A program made the position numbers and the translations under genes. 64,000 bases of DNA from Azolla caroliniana (taxonomy: Eukaryota > Plantae > Polypodiophyta). Of the stretch, positions 10,511-21,535 are shown piece by piece. Where the stretch lies: the NCBI GenBank assembly GCA_043228905.1, contig JBHGNT010000016.1, positions 6,014,001 to 6,078,000 of the forward strand, written 5' to 3'. The stretch's first letter is position 1, and the number at the start of each line of letters is the position of its first letter. The notes under the pieces were generated by a model, which saw only the letters and a list, made by a program, of their open reading frames with translations, was not told the DNA's origin and ran no database searches.

Positions 10511-13070
10511 CCCTCATGGCTTCAATTTTTGCTGCCTCCTCTTGCATACCAGCAGCCGTATAGATGTTTGTCATAGCTATGTAAGCTGTGCTACTATTGT
10601 TATCAAGTTGCATTGCTTGTTCAAAGGCTAGTCTTCCGAGTTTCACATTTCCATTCTTTTGACATGCACCCAATAGAGCACCCCATATAGGAGGATAATC
10701 TGAAAATGGCATCTTTTTTATCAACGCCATCACTTTATCAAAATGTCCAGCACGACCAAAAAGATCAACCATGCATGTGTAATGCTCTAAGTTTGGGACA
10801 AGGCCATATTTTTCAGTCATACTATCAAAATACATTTGACCTTCATCTATGAGCCCAGAGTGACTACATGCATTGAGAACAGAAAGGAGTGTCACCTCAT
10901 TCGGAGCCACATCATCTTTTTGCATTCTTTCAAAGCAATACAATGCTTCCAAACCCTCTCCACGCTGTGCATAACCTGAAATCAATGCATTCCACGAGAT
11001 TACAGCACGGACAGGAAGATCGTCAAGTACTTTTTGTGCCTTTGTTAATGCACCACATTTGGCATACATATCCACCACTGCATTTCCAAGCGCAACGTCT
11101 TTTCCAAGCAAATTTTTATTGACAATATCATCATGAATCATACCACCCTTCTCAATTGCCCCTACTCCTCCACATGCCTTCAAGATGCAAGATAAGGTTA
11201 TTACATTAGGAGAAAGACCCTCATGTTGCATCTTATCAAAACATTTCAATGCTTCCTCACTTTGACCTTGTTGTGAATATCCTGTGATTAGGGCTGACCA
11301 CGATACTACATTCCGAACAGGCATATTTTCAAGTAATTCATGTGCTTTTGTAAGATCACCAAACTTCGCATACATGTCAACCAAAGCAGTGCCAAGCACA
11401 ACATCATTTTCCAGCAATCCCCTCTTCACAATCTCTTCATGAATTTCTTTTCCCTTCTTGACATCTCCTACACTCCCACAAGCTTTCAAAATGCAAGCAA
11501 AGGTCACTGGATTTGGAGAGATGCCCTCTCTTTGCATTTGTTGGAAGGAATATAGAGTTTCTTCACCTTGCCCATGCTGGGTTAACCCAGCAATTAATAT
11601 AGACCATGAGACCACATCCCTTTCAGGAAGTTCATAGAGCACTTTTTGTGCCTTTGTAAGTTCATCACATTTCACATACATATCGGCTAAGGCATTACCG
11701 AGCATGATATCTTTTCCCAACCACCCTTTGCCAACTATCTTTTCGTGAATCTCTATCCCCTTGTCGATGTCTTTTGTGATGCCACACGCCTTCAAGATGC
11801 AAGTAAATATTATTGTATTTGGAGTGAGGCCCTCCCGTTGCATTTGTTCAAAGCATTTCAGGGCTTCTTCTCCTTGTCCATGTTGTGTATATCCAGAGAT
11901 TATTACTGACCAGGAGACTATGTTCCGATCAGAAAGCTCATCAAATACTTGCCTTGCTTTTACAAGCGCACCACATTTGGCATACATGTCCACCAAAGTA
12001 GTGCCAAGCACGATATCTTTCTCAAGAAACCTTTTACTAACAATCTCATCATGGATTTGCTTGCCCTTATCAAGAGCTCCTATGCTTCCACACGCCTTCA
12101 AAATGCCAATGAAAGAGACAACATTGGGAGAAATTCCCTCTCCTATCATATGTTCAAAGCAATTCATTGCTTCCTCATCTTGTCCTTGTTGGACGTACCC
12201 TAAAATCAATGTATTCCAAGAGACTACATCCCGTGAAGGGAGCTCATCAAGCACTTGTCGAGCTTTCAAAAGCACACAACATCTAGCATACATATCCACC
12301 AAAGCATTGCCAAGCACAATATCTTTCTTCAATAAGCCCTTACAAGCAATCTCATCATGAATCTCTTTGCCTTTGTCGATATCTCCTATACATCCACATG
12401 CCTTCAAGATGCAAGTAAAAGTGACCTCATTCGGTTCCACGCCCTCATTTCGCATTTGTCGAAAGCAAGTTAAAGCATGTTCACACTGCCCATGCTTTGT
12501 ATGTCCAGCAATAAGTGTGGACCATGAGACCACATCTCGTGTTGGAAGCTCATCAAGCACTTTGTGTGCCTTCACAAACTCACCAAATCTCACGTACATA
12601 TCTATCACAGCATTACCAAGCACAACATCGTTTTTTAACAACTTCTTATCAATGATCTCGTCATGGATTTCTTGACCTTTCTCAAGTGAACCCATGATAA
12701 CACATACTTTCAATAAGGAAGTGAAAGTTATGGTGTTGGGATAGATCCTTTCTTTTTGCATTCTTTCCAAACATTTCATGGCTTCTACTCCTCGCCCTTC
12801 CCTTGAATAGCCTGATATCAATGCATTCCATGATACCACATCTCGCATAGGAAGATTATCAAGCACTTTTTGTGCCTTACCAAGCATGCCACATTTAGCA
12901 TACATATTGATCAATGTGCTTCCTATGTGCGGGTTTTTCTCGACTAAACCCATCTTTGAAACATCTGTGTGAACTCTAATTCCTTTGGATATGTCTTTAT
13001 TCTTTGCACAGTCCTTCAGTAAAGCCACCCAATACCCATCTTTTCGCATAAAATGCTTCTTCTTTGACAT
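10482..13070 (-). CDS. PLS-class PPR protein, E subgroup (PPR3)
   Basis: 862-aa intronless ORF with regular S-P-L triplets, then P2-L2-S2 (ACSHSGLIDEG, HYTCMVDLFGRAG) and E1/E2 (IWGALLGAC; AYIAMTNIYTAAG). Confidence 0.96.
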   Translation of the reverse strand: MSKKKHFMRKDGYWVALLKDCAKNKDISKGIRVHTDVSKMGLVEKNPHIGSTLINMYAKCGMLGKAQKVLDNLPMRDVVSWNALISGYSREGRGVEAMKCLERMQKERIYPNTITFTSLLKVCVIMGSLEKGQEIHDEIIDKKLLKNDVVLGNAVIDMYVRFGEFVKAHKVLDELPTRDVVSWSTLIAGHTKHGQCEHALTCFRQMRNEGVEPNEVTFTCILKACGCIGDIDKGKEIHDEIACKGLLKKDIVLGNALVDMYARCCVLLKARQVLDELPSRDVVSWNTLILGYVQQGQDEEAMNCFEHMIGEGISPNVVSFIGILKACGSIGALDKGKQIHDEIVSKRFLEKDIVLGTTLVDMYAKCGALVKARQVFDELSDRNIVSWSVIISGYTQHGQGEEALKCFEQMQREGLTPNTIIFTCILKACGITKDIDKGIEIHEKIVGKGWLGKDIMLGNALADMYVKCDELTKAQKVLYELPERDVVSWSILIAGLTQHGQGEETLYSFQQMQREGISPNPVTFACILKACGSVGDVKKGKEIHEEIVKRGLLENDVVLGTALVDMYAKFGDLTKAHELLENMPVRNVVSWSALITGYSQQGQSEEALKCFDKMQHEGLSPNVITLSCILKACGGVGAIEKGGMIHDDIVNKNLLGKDVALGNAVVDMYAKCGALTKAQKVLDDLPVRAVISWNALISGYAQRGEGLEALYCFERMQKDDVAPNEVTLLSVLNACSHSGLIDEGQMYFDSMTEKYGLVPNLEHYTCMVDLFGRAGHFDKVMALIKKMPFSDYPPIWGALLGACQKNGNVKLGRLAFEQAMQLDNNSSTAYIAMTNIYTAAGMQEEAAKIEAMRAKNQEKIVA

Positions 13071-13412
13071 GTTTCCTTCTTCTCAAGTACCACTAAAGCC
13101 ATGAACCCACGAAAGGAAATGGGTGATTTCTCGCAGAGACGAGAGGTTTCTGCAATTCAATATGAGAAAGAAAGAGCGCCCAAATGATTGGTATGGCTCT
13201 CTTGAGGAAGTTATCATACCAATGAGAAGGGTCTCCGAAGTATTCTTCACATGAGCGGTACAGACCTTCTGATATGGCCATAGCTGCAGGAAGGGGAGAG
13301 ATCAGAGAGATCAGAGAAACCAGAGACAGGTGAGTATGTGCAATGCTCATGTGAACCAACCTTCACATGGTTACTGCATACATAGAGTGTAGAGTCTACA
13401 CCTACCTTTAAG

Positions 13413-13545
13413 CTTTTTTGTCTATTTCCCCAAATGCCCCTGAGTTTTTGTCCATTTCCCCAAATGCCCCTGAGGTTTTGTTATCTCCCAAATGCCCCTT
13501 AATTTTTGTTATCTCCATATATGCCCCTTCGTTTTTGTTACCTCC
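13413..13545. repeat. ~30-bp tandem repeats (TTTTTGTYTATYTCCCCAAATGCCCCT), possibly the subterminal array of a DNA transposon
   Basis: Four to five decaying copies visible. The transposon assignment is inference only. Confidence 0.6.
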
Positions 13546-14601
13546 CGGATCTGACCCTACGGAGACTGGCAGGTTATCTGGATAATTCCGCCTCCATTTG
13601 GATTGCTCATTCAATGATCGATGGTCGGGAATGACTTCAATGCATGTGGTAGGCACACTTCACTAACATTTATCCTAATGGCTCCACCCACCAATTTAAT
13701 AATTTGAACATTATCTTTTATCTTTGAGTTACTCATATATCTATCATCACTCATGTTCCTTGTGAACCAAAAGCTATGAAGTGGAGGCTACAAAAAGACA
13801 CTCGTGAGGAAATGGTTGGGCGATGAGTTTGGATATAGATTATTCAAGCGAATTATCTCTAGGGCAGACGTCCTCCATTAGACAAATGTTGATAGTTCTT
13901 CTTGAAGCCAAAACTAAACCCTAAACACACAAAGTGGGTCGCCATTGGCCAATTGAAATTCTATTGTTTTACAATTAGGGATGCTTTTTTGTGCTTGTTT
14001 GTGTGATGCACTTTCTTTGCTCGGGTATCATGTATATGAGAAAACCATGAGTTTGAATCTATGTGACACGATTTCTCTACCCACTATCATCATTTGGCAA
14101 AGACAGTTATCAAGCTCATGGCATGTTAGGAGGATACATATTGGGCAAGAGAATTTGATGCTACACAAACTCCAATCTAGGAGGCAAACGTTTTCTCATA
14201 CAATTTATTCCCCATCCATGCAGTTGTAGTTGTCAAAGTGATTACTTGAGAAAATTCGTCTTGTTGATTGAGTATACAATGACACATTTATTCTTGGCTT
14301 GGGCTCCAAAGGCACCAACCTATTCACTTACTTGTGTTAGTTGCTAATGGAGCTTGTTTATGCTTTCGCGACCTTGGTTTATTATTCCATAACTAGTGCC
14401 ATAAAATCAAGCTCAATAAACAATGGCTCTCTCAAAAAATTTGAACCCTCTAGAAATAAAGGAAGCACTTTTTAAATGGTCTTGAAAAGCTTTTATTTGT
14501 TTCTCTAAATGCCCTTGAAAAATAATCTTCATCATTTTTCCCAATGTGTCCTTGATCAACCACCTGAAGGCATAAATTCCCATTTCTCAAATATATGATA
14601 T

Positions 14602-15597
14602 TGTGGTGTGCATGTGTGCCTTTGTGCCACCCTTTTAGCACACCCTTTTTAGAATGCATGTACTTAGGCCGACCCACCATTTTAGCATACCCTTTTTAGC
14701 TAAGCCAACCCAAATGGGTACCTTTGTATGAACTATAAATTGAGTAAGAAGTAAGAAGCTAACTAGGTTGGTTTTGACATCTTATGTGCATTTCACATAT
14801 TGGTGGAGATGCGGGGTACCAATCCCCCACATCCAAGCATCCGCCTCTTCCCCCTCACCTTAGGTTGCCCACTAACTTCTTGTCCCACGAGTTTCCCCGA
14901 TCCCCTTCACACGATAACCCTCCTATCCCCCACCTCAGCCACATCCAGGTGGCTCTTAGTCCACGTGAGTGATTGATCTCTATCCGCACTTAGCCCTCTT
15001 GTCCCCCACCTCGGCCAAGTCCAGGTGGCCCTCAGTCCACATGAGGGATTGATCTCTATCTGCCAATTGCTAGCTTGTTTTCCGTCACTAACCCTGTCCA
15101 ATGATTATCTGATCAGGGTCGCCAGTTCCACGGGGATGTTCTCAACGTCGTTCCAACTCAACTAGGTGTCCAGCAAGTGTTTACGTCCTCACACCATCCT
15201 CAGACGAATGGCCTCACCGAACGCCTCAACAAGACCCTCAAGCAGGAGGTTGTCGCACGAATCACCCCTTTTCGAGCACTCTATGGGCGTGATCCTCGCC
15301 TCCCACCAGAATCATCCATTCCAAACCTGCCAACATGCCACCCTAGGCCCATCTTCTGACCCCCGTCCTTTCCTCGTGTTGTAAACCTCCTTGTTTCTCT
15401 CAGGGGGGAAATGTGGTGTGCATGTGTGCCTTTGTGCCACCCTTTTAGCACGCCCTTTTAAGGATGCATGTACCTAAGCCGATCCACCCTTTTAGCATAC
15501 CCTTTTTAGCTAAGCCAACCCAAATGGGTACCTTTGTATGAACTATAAATTGAGTAAGAAGTAAGAAGCTAACTAGGCTGGTTTTGATATCTTATGT
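14602..15597 (+). mobile_element. TRIM-like internally deleted Ty3/gypsy LTR retroelement
   Basis: 5' LTR 14602-14797 (TG...CA). 3' LTR 15412-15597 is nearly identical but lacks the last 10 nt. PBS TGGTGGAGATGCGGGG at 14801, polypurine tract AGGGGGGAAA at 15402-15411, and integrase remnants HHPQTNGLTERLNKTLKQ and TPFRALYGRDPRLP at 15177-15310. Confidence 0.92.
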
Positions 15598-16277
15598 AAT
15601 ATGATATTACGAGCAATTGCATGTACAAAGATGCCCCCTATTTTTCTCTTTACACAATTGAGCATAGACATTTAGGGGCATATAGGAAAACTTTGGAGAA
15701 TTCAAGGATCCTCCCCCAAAAAATACAATGTTACCAAAGGTTTTAGATTACTCCCTATGACCACATTATAATGGATCAACATACAATGCCTATTTCATGC
15801 CAATGAAATATTCAACATTCACATATCGCTAGATTTGAACTTGAATGTCAAGCTTTCTTATCACTAAACAGACCATCAAAATGAATTTATTTTATTTTAG
15901 AACTACATAGACCTTGTCATTCGAAATCATTGGGGCAATTCAAACGCTTTGGGCTTGTTAAGAGTCTATCACTAATCAATGGACCAACTTAAAGTAAAAG
16001 AAAGGGAATACTCACGAAGAAGGTGTATATTCACAAGTAGAATTACGAATACAAAATGTAGCATTACAAGGAGTCACAACCGACTTAATATAAAGTATGA
16101 GGAAGGTGTTTTATATATAGTCACCCTCTCTCTTCATTAACTAACTACAACAACCACTCTCTCTCGGGGAATGTGAAGACTAATAGTCATGAGGAATATG
16201 TAACTCATTACTTATGTGTCATAGTTAATGTGTAGAGAGCAGTGGTGTGACTCTTGACCTTTGAGTAATCATAGATT

Positions 16278-16660
16278 CTCAAAAGGTGTGTTCACACGTT
16301 GCACTATGTTAAGCTTGATTCTCAACATCCTCAAAAGATGTGTTCACATGTTGCACTATATTGAGATTGATTCTCAACACGATGTATATTAGGATGACTT
16401 GGTATCTTGGAATAGGTAACATGATCGTCACGATGAAAACCTAGCCTAGCCTGCACCACTAGTGTCTCAAGAATTATACTTCTTCCAAGGCTCCTTGAAT
16501 AGATGTGCTTTTCTAAAAGACTCTCCATTCATTGGTTGTCGAGATGTGCCTAAACCTAGCCTAGCATGCACCACTAATGTCTCAAGAATTATACTTCTTC
16601 CAAGGCCCCTTGAATAGATGTGCTTTTCTAAAAGACTCTCCATTCATTGGTTGTCGAGAT
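16278..16660. repeat. Two local tandem duplications (~52 bp x2 at 16278-16380; ~110 bp x2 at 16437-16545 / 16552-16660)
   Basis: Directly visible near-identical direct repeats. Confidence 0.85.
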
Positions 16661-17002
16661 CATGATAGTGCATCCACCCATCATTCCTTCTACCTAATCA
16701 CATTGGTTACTTTCTAACATTAGTTGAACATACCCTTCATTTATGTTATGTAAATATTAGTGACCTACGCTTACCTTACATTATATGTGCATAACATACT
16801 CTCCTACTTTGCAATATAATGTGAGGAAATTGTGCCTTAAGAGTATTCCAAGGTTTGACATGGTTATAATTTGGCCCCAATGCTTTAGCGTGGCTAATTC
16901 CATACCCTTTTTGCCTTGTTCAGGGCTTGCTTAGTTCAACTTCCCATCCCTCTCCTGCCCAAGCCCACTTGTTCTAAGTAGTCATCCTCATGGGCGTGGG
17001 GG

Positions 17003-17406
17003 TAACAATTGGCAACGGTTCAGTTTCAACAATTAAAAACCATGGTTTAAATGGTTAAATGGTTTTTTATTTTTTATTTTCTTTAAAAATTAAAGAAAAT
17101 AAATTGTTTTTAAATAATCTTTTCATTTTCACGCATTATTCTCACATTTTGGGAAAATTTTAAAAATTTTAAAAATGAGAATTTTAAATTTTTTGAAATT
17201 TAAAAAATAAAAAATAAAAAATTTGACCTAAGCTGAAAACCGAAACCGAACCATGAAACCGCGGTTTTACCGGTTTAATGGCTTAACGGTTTGAATTTTT
17301 TTTAATGGTTTGGTTTGGTTCAGGTTTCTAACATCTCTAAACGATCAATTTTAAACCGGTTTGGTTTGGACCCTCTAAAACCGAACCAAACCATTGCCGA
17401 TTGTTA
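17003..17406. mobile_element. Non-autonomous hAT-like MITE, copy 2 (intact ends)
   Basis: 18-bp TIRs TAACAATTGGCAACGGTT / AACCATTGCCGATTGTTA (2 mismatches). Perfect 8-bp TSD CGTGGGGG at 16995-17002 and 17407-17414. AAACCG subterminal repeats. Confidence 0.92.
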
Positions 17407-17683
17407 CGTGGGGGGCAACCCGATCAGAAATGCAGCATGTTCAACTGTGTGTGAAAACAAAATTGAGATCCTTGTATTGCTCTCAAGTCTCTTCCATATT
17501 TTGCTTAACTCATCATAGAGTCTAGACAACACCTATTATATACATACACTTTTTCATCTCGGTTCATAATGGTGCATATATGATGCTCACAGACATACAT
17601 GCACAGATGCATCCATGGATTTCATGCTTTACAAGATCAAACCAGGATTTTGGAAGGAAGACTTTGCACTTTGAAAGAAAGCC

Positions 17684-20653
17684 ATGGGTAAGGATTTCCC
17701 GAGGAAGCAAAGAGAAATAGTGATGGAAAAACAGGACAAATACGAAGAGACCATCCAAAATGGCAATGCGTATGTTGATCCTTTGACTTTATTGAAGGTT
17801 TGTGCTACTAAAAAGGACCTAGACACAGGCTCTAAAATCCATATAGAGATTTTGAAAAGAGGAATGCTGGAAAAAATTCCTTATTTAGGAAGCTCTTTGA
17901 TCAATATGTATTCTAAATGTGGCGAACTTGAAAAAGCATCCAAAGTTCTAGAAGAGCTAAAATCTCCTTGTGTTGCTTCTTGGAATGCATTAATTTCAGG
18001 CTATACTCAATTGGGTCATTTTGAAAAAGCCATAAAATGCTTCAAAAAGATGAAAAACGAAGGTTTATCTCCGCATGCTATCACATTTACTTGCATTTTG
18101 AAGGCATGTGGTAGCTTAAGAAACTTTAATGAAGGGGAAAAAATCCATTATGAGGTTGTTAAGAGAGGGTTCCTATGGAATGATGCCGTGCTTGGTAATG
18201 CTTTGATTGATATGTATGCCAAATGTGGTGCATTAGAGAAAGCACAAGAAGTGATAGAGGGTCTTCAGGGTGTTCGGGATATAGTTTCATGGAATGCATT
18301 GATGTCAGGGTATGCCAAACAAGGGAAAAACAATGAAGTAATAATGAGCTTTAAACAAATTCAAACCGATGGCCTTTCTCCTGATGCAATCACCTTCACA
18401 TGTGTATTAAAGGCATGTGATAGCGGGACTGATGGTAAGGGCTTTTCTGTTCATGGAGAGATTATATGTAAAGGGTATTTTGGTAAAGATATCGTGCTTG
18501 ATAATGCTGTGGTGGATATGTATGCTAGATGTGGTATGTTTGTAGACGCAAAACAAGTATTGGATGGTATTCGTGTTCGCGAATTGGCCTCTTGGAATGC
18601 CATGATCTCGGGATATGCCCGCTGGCATCAGTATGAGGATGCTCTAAACTCTTTCAAATGCATGCAAAATGAAGGGATCTCACCAGATGTGCTCACTTTT
18701 GCTTGCATTTTGAAGGTTTGTGGTAGCAGGAGAGAAATCAATAAGGGACGAGAAATTCATGACGAGGTTGTCGGGAAGGGTCTTTTATCTCTGAGAACGA
18801 ATAATCTAATTGGAAATGCTTTGATTGATATGTATGCTAGATGCAGTGCGATTTCTGATGCTCACAAAGTTCTTAACGTGCTTCCTATCAGGGATGTGGT
18901 CTCATGGTCGATACTCATTCAAGCATATGCCCAAAAAGGCCAGTATCAAGAAGCATTTAATTGCTTTGAGCAAATGCAACATGAAGGTCTAGAGCCAAAC
19001 AATATAGTACTGGCTTGCATCATGAAAATTTGTGGTAACATAGGAGCAATCGATAAGGGGAGGAAAATACACGAAGAAATTTCTCGAAAGGGGATGCTAG
19101 AAAAAGATATTATGCTCAGTACAGCAGTGGTGGATATGTATGTTAAATGCGGTGCACTTGCAAGGGCTCACAAATCACTTGTTGAGATGCCATTTAGGGA
19201 TGTAGTCTCATGGACTTCTTTAATCTCGGGATATGCCCGACATGGTCTGAGTGAGAATGCCTTCCAATGCTTTGAAAGAATGCGCGAAGAAGGCATCACT
19301 CCAAATGTCATCGCTTTCAATTGCATTTTGAAAGCATGTGGAAACATGCGAGCCATCTACAAAGGCAAACAAATTCATGATGAGATTGTAAGGAAAGGGT
19401 TATTGCTAGGAAAAGAAGAAGAAGCTATCATGTTGGGCACTTCTTTAGTGGATATGTATGCAAGATCTGGTGCATTAACAAAGGCTCGAGACGTGCTCTA
19501 CGAGCTTCCAAGTCGGAAGGTCGCCTCTTGGAATGCATTGATAACAGGGTATACTCGGGAAGGGCATACTGAGGAAGCAATGGAGTGTTTCAATACAATG
19601 AGACAAGAGGGTCTCACTCCTGATTCAATAACTTTCATTTGCATCTTGAGAATGTGTGGCGACATGGGGGCAGTCTGGATGGGTAGGAAAATCCACGATG
19701 AGATTATACACCGAGGGTTGCTAGGAAAAGAAGATATTAGCCTTGGAAATGCATTGGTGGATATGTATGCTAGGTGTGGTAGCCTTGTAAAGGCAAAAGA
19801 AGTCCTCAGCGACCTTCCTATTCGAGACGTAGTGTCATGGTCGACTCTTATTTCCGGGTATGCCAACTATGATCAAGGCAAAGAAGCACTTGAGTGTTTT
19901 GAACAAATGCTAGGCGATGGTCTCTCTCCTAATGCTATTATCTGCATTTCCCTGTTGAAAGCATGTGGCTCTACAGGCTCGATTGACAAAGGAAAACAAA
20001 TCTACAATGAGATTGCAAGCAAGGGACTAGTAGAAAAAGATTGTGTTCTCGGAAATGCTTTGGTGGATATGTATGCCAAATGTGGTGAACTTGAGAAAGC
20101 TAAAGAAATTCTTCATAAGCTTCTTATAAGGGATGTGATCTCTTGGACTTCACTAATTTCAGGATATGCATTGCAAGGCCAAGGGGGGAGAGCCATTGAC
20201 TGCTTCCAAGAGATGCAACTCGAGGGTATCTCACCTAATGAGGTCACATTTCGCTCAGTGTTGACCGCTTGTAGCCACTCTGGGCTTTTGGATGAGGGTC
20301 AAATGCACTATGCATATATGAATGCCTCATATGGTATAAATCCTGATATAGAACATCATGCTTGTTTAGTAGATCTTTTTGGAAGGGCGGGGCTTTTTGA
20401 AGAGGCATTGGTCGTGATTAAAGAGATGAATTGTTCAGATTATGCTCCAGTTTGGGGTGCTCTATTGGGTGCTTGTCTAAAAGGAGGGAACATTAGCCTC
20501 GGAAAAGTAGCGTTTGAACGAGCAGTGGAAATTGATTATAATAATGATGCAGCTTATCAAAGTATGGCTAATATTTACTTGACGGCCGGCATGCTAGAGG
20601 AAGCCCAAAAGATCGAAGCCATGAGAGTGGGAAGAAAATATGAATATGCGTAA
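17684..20653 (+). CDS. PLS-class PPR protein, E subgroup (PPR4); no DYW domain
   Basis: 989-aa intronless ORF of P-L-S triplets ending ACSHSGLLDEG...CLVDLFGRAG...VWGALLGAC...AYQSMANIYLTAG, then stop. Confidence 0.95.
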   Translation: MGKDFPRKQREIVMEKQDKYEETIQNGNAYVDPLTLLKVCATKKDLDTGSKIHIEILKRGMLEKIPYLGSSLINMYSKCGELEKASKVLEELKSPCVASWNALISGYTQLGHFEKAIKCFKKMKNEGLSPHAITFTCILKACGSLRNFNEGEKIHYEVVKRGFLWNDAVLGNALIDMYAKCGALEKAQEVIEGLQGVRDIVSWNALMSGYAKQGKNNEVIMSFKQIQTDGLSPDAITFTCVLKACDSGTDGKGFSVHGEIICKGYFGKDIVLDNAVVDMYARCGMFVDAKQVLDGIRVRELASWNAMISGYARWHQYEDALNSFKCMQNEGISPDVLTFACILKVCGSRREINKGREIHDEVVGKGLLSLRTNNLIGNALIDMYARCSAISDAHKVLNVLPIRDVVSWSILIQAYAQKGQYQEAFNCFEQMQHEGLEPNNIVLACIMKICGNIGAIDKGRKIHEEISRKGMLEKDIMLSTAVVDMYVKCGALARAHKSLVEMPFRDVVSWTSLISGYARHGLSENAFQCFERMREEGITPNVIAFNCILKACGNMRAIYKGKQIHDEIVRKGLLLGKEEEAIMLGTSLVDMYARSGALTKARDVLYELPSRKVASWNALITGYTREGHTEEAMECFNTMRQEGLTPDSITFICILRMCGDMGAVWMGRKIHDEIIHRGLLGKEDISLGNALVDMYARCGSLVKAKEVLSDLPIRDVVSWSTLISGYANYDQGKEALECFEQMLGDGLSPNAIICISLLKACGSTGSIDKGKQIYNEIASKGLVEKDCVLGNALVDMYAKCGELEKAKEILHKLLIRDVISWTSLISGYALQGQGGRAIDCFQEMQLEGISPNEVTFRSVLTACSHSGLLDEGQMHYAYMNASYGINPDIEHHACLVDLFGRAGLFEEALVVIKEMNCSDYAPVWGALLGACLKGGNISLGKVAFERAVEIDYNNDAAYQSMANIYLTAGMLEEAQKIEAMRVGRKYEYA

Positions 20654-21535
20654 CTATATAAAATCTAGTGCCATTCTCATCCTTAGTGTTGTGCACCATA
20701 AAACCCTAGAGTTATCTAGGTATTCATGTTGTATTATACATTTACCTTCGCTTGTTCGTAAAATTTGTTTGAACAAACAAGCAATGTAGAGTCCGATAAT
20801 GCGCGGATGATATACTGTACTATTTCTAATAATGGCATGAAGGATTAGATTTGGGATAAATGTTCCATATTCGCCTTACATTGATACCCCTTACTGCGTG
20901 GATTATGTGTCTTGGTCTTCCTAATAATGGCATAATAGGGCTAGATTTGGCAAAGCCATACATTGAGACAATACAATATATGCTCATGTAGTGTGTCATG
21001 TTAATCCCGAAAAAATGGCTAAAATGTACCTAAGTTTGGACATAAACTCATTCTCTCATATATTTGGAAGATATACATCTTCTTATTCCTAGCAATGGCA
21101 CATACACTCGATGTACCACAAATCTCTTCAAATTTGCCACCGATCGAGACCCTTGTATTATATGTCATCCTAGAACAACTAGATTTAGGGGAAATGTCTT
21201 CCAAATTTCGACTTAACGGGATACGAGTTAATCCGAGAACCTTCCTTGGCCTGAGTTACTCAACAAGTTCGGGTCATAGTTCATTATTGTGTATGTATGT
21301 ATGTATAAATATACCCCCGAGCCTATATGTATATATATTGTGAAAGAAAAGCAGCAAGAAATCAACCTAAACTAAAGATTAGATATAATTTGTTTTTAAA
21401 AGGTTAAAAGAGAAGAGAGCAAAAACGTTACCATCACACAAATCTATGAAGATATCAATGTCAAGTGGAATAGGCTTTAAAAAAAGGTCAACCAGACATG
21501 TGCTTTTTCAAATTAATATAGATGGAGAGAGTAAG

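Noticed and set aside
15956-16718. Possible solo LTR (TGTTA...TAACA)
   Set aside because: No matching TSD, PBS or PPT, and no second copy in the window.
574-19866. Many 60-200-aa ORFs antisense to the PPR genes (e.g. 651-1127, 7016-8239, 11761-12675, 19498-19866) with recurring PHLAYIST/PHAFKMQ motifs
   Set aside because: They are mirror-frame shadows of the repeated PPR codons and show no independent coding signal.
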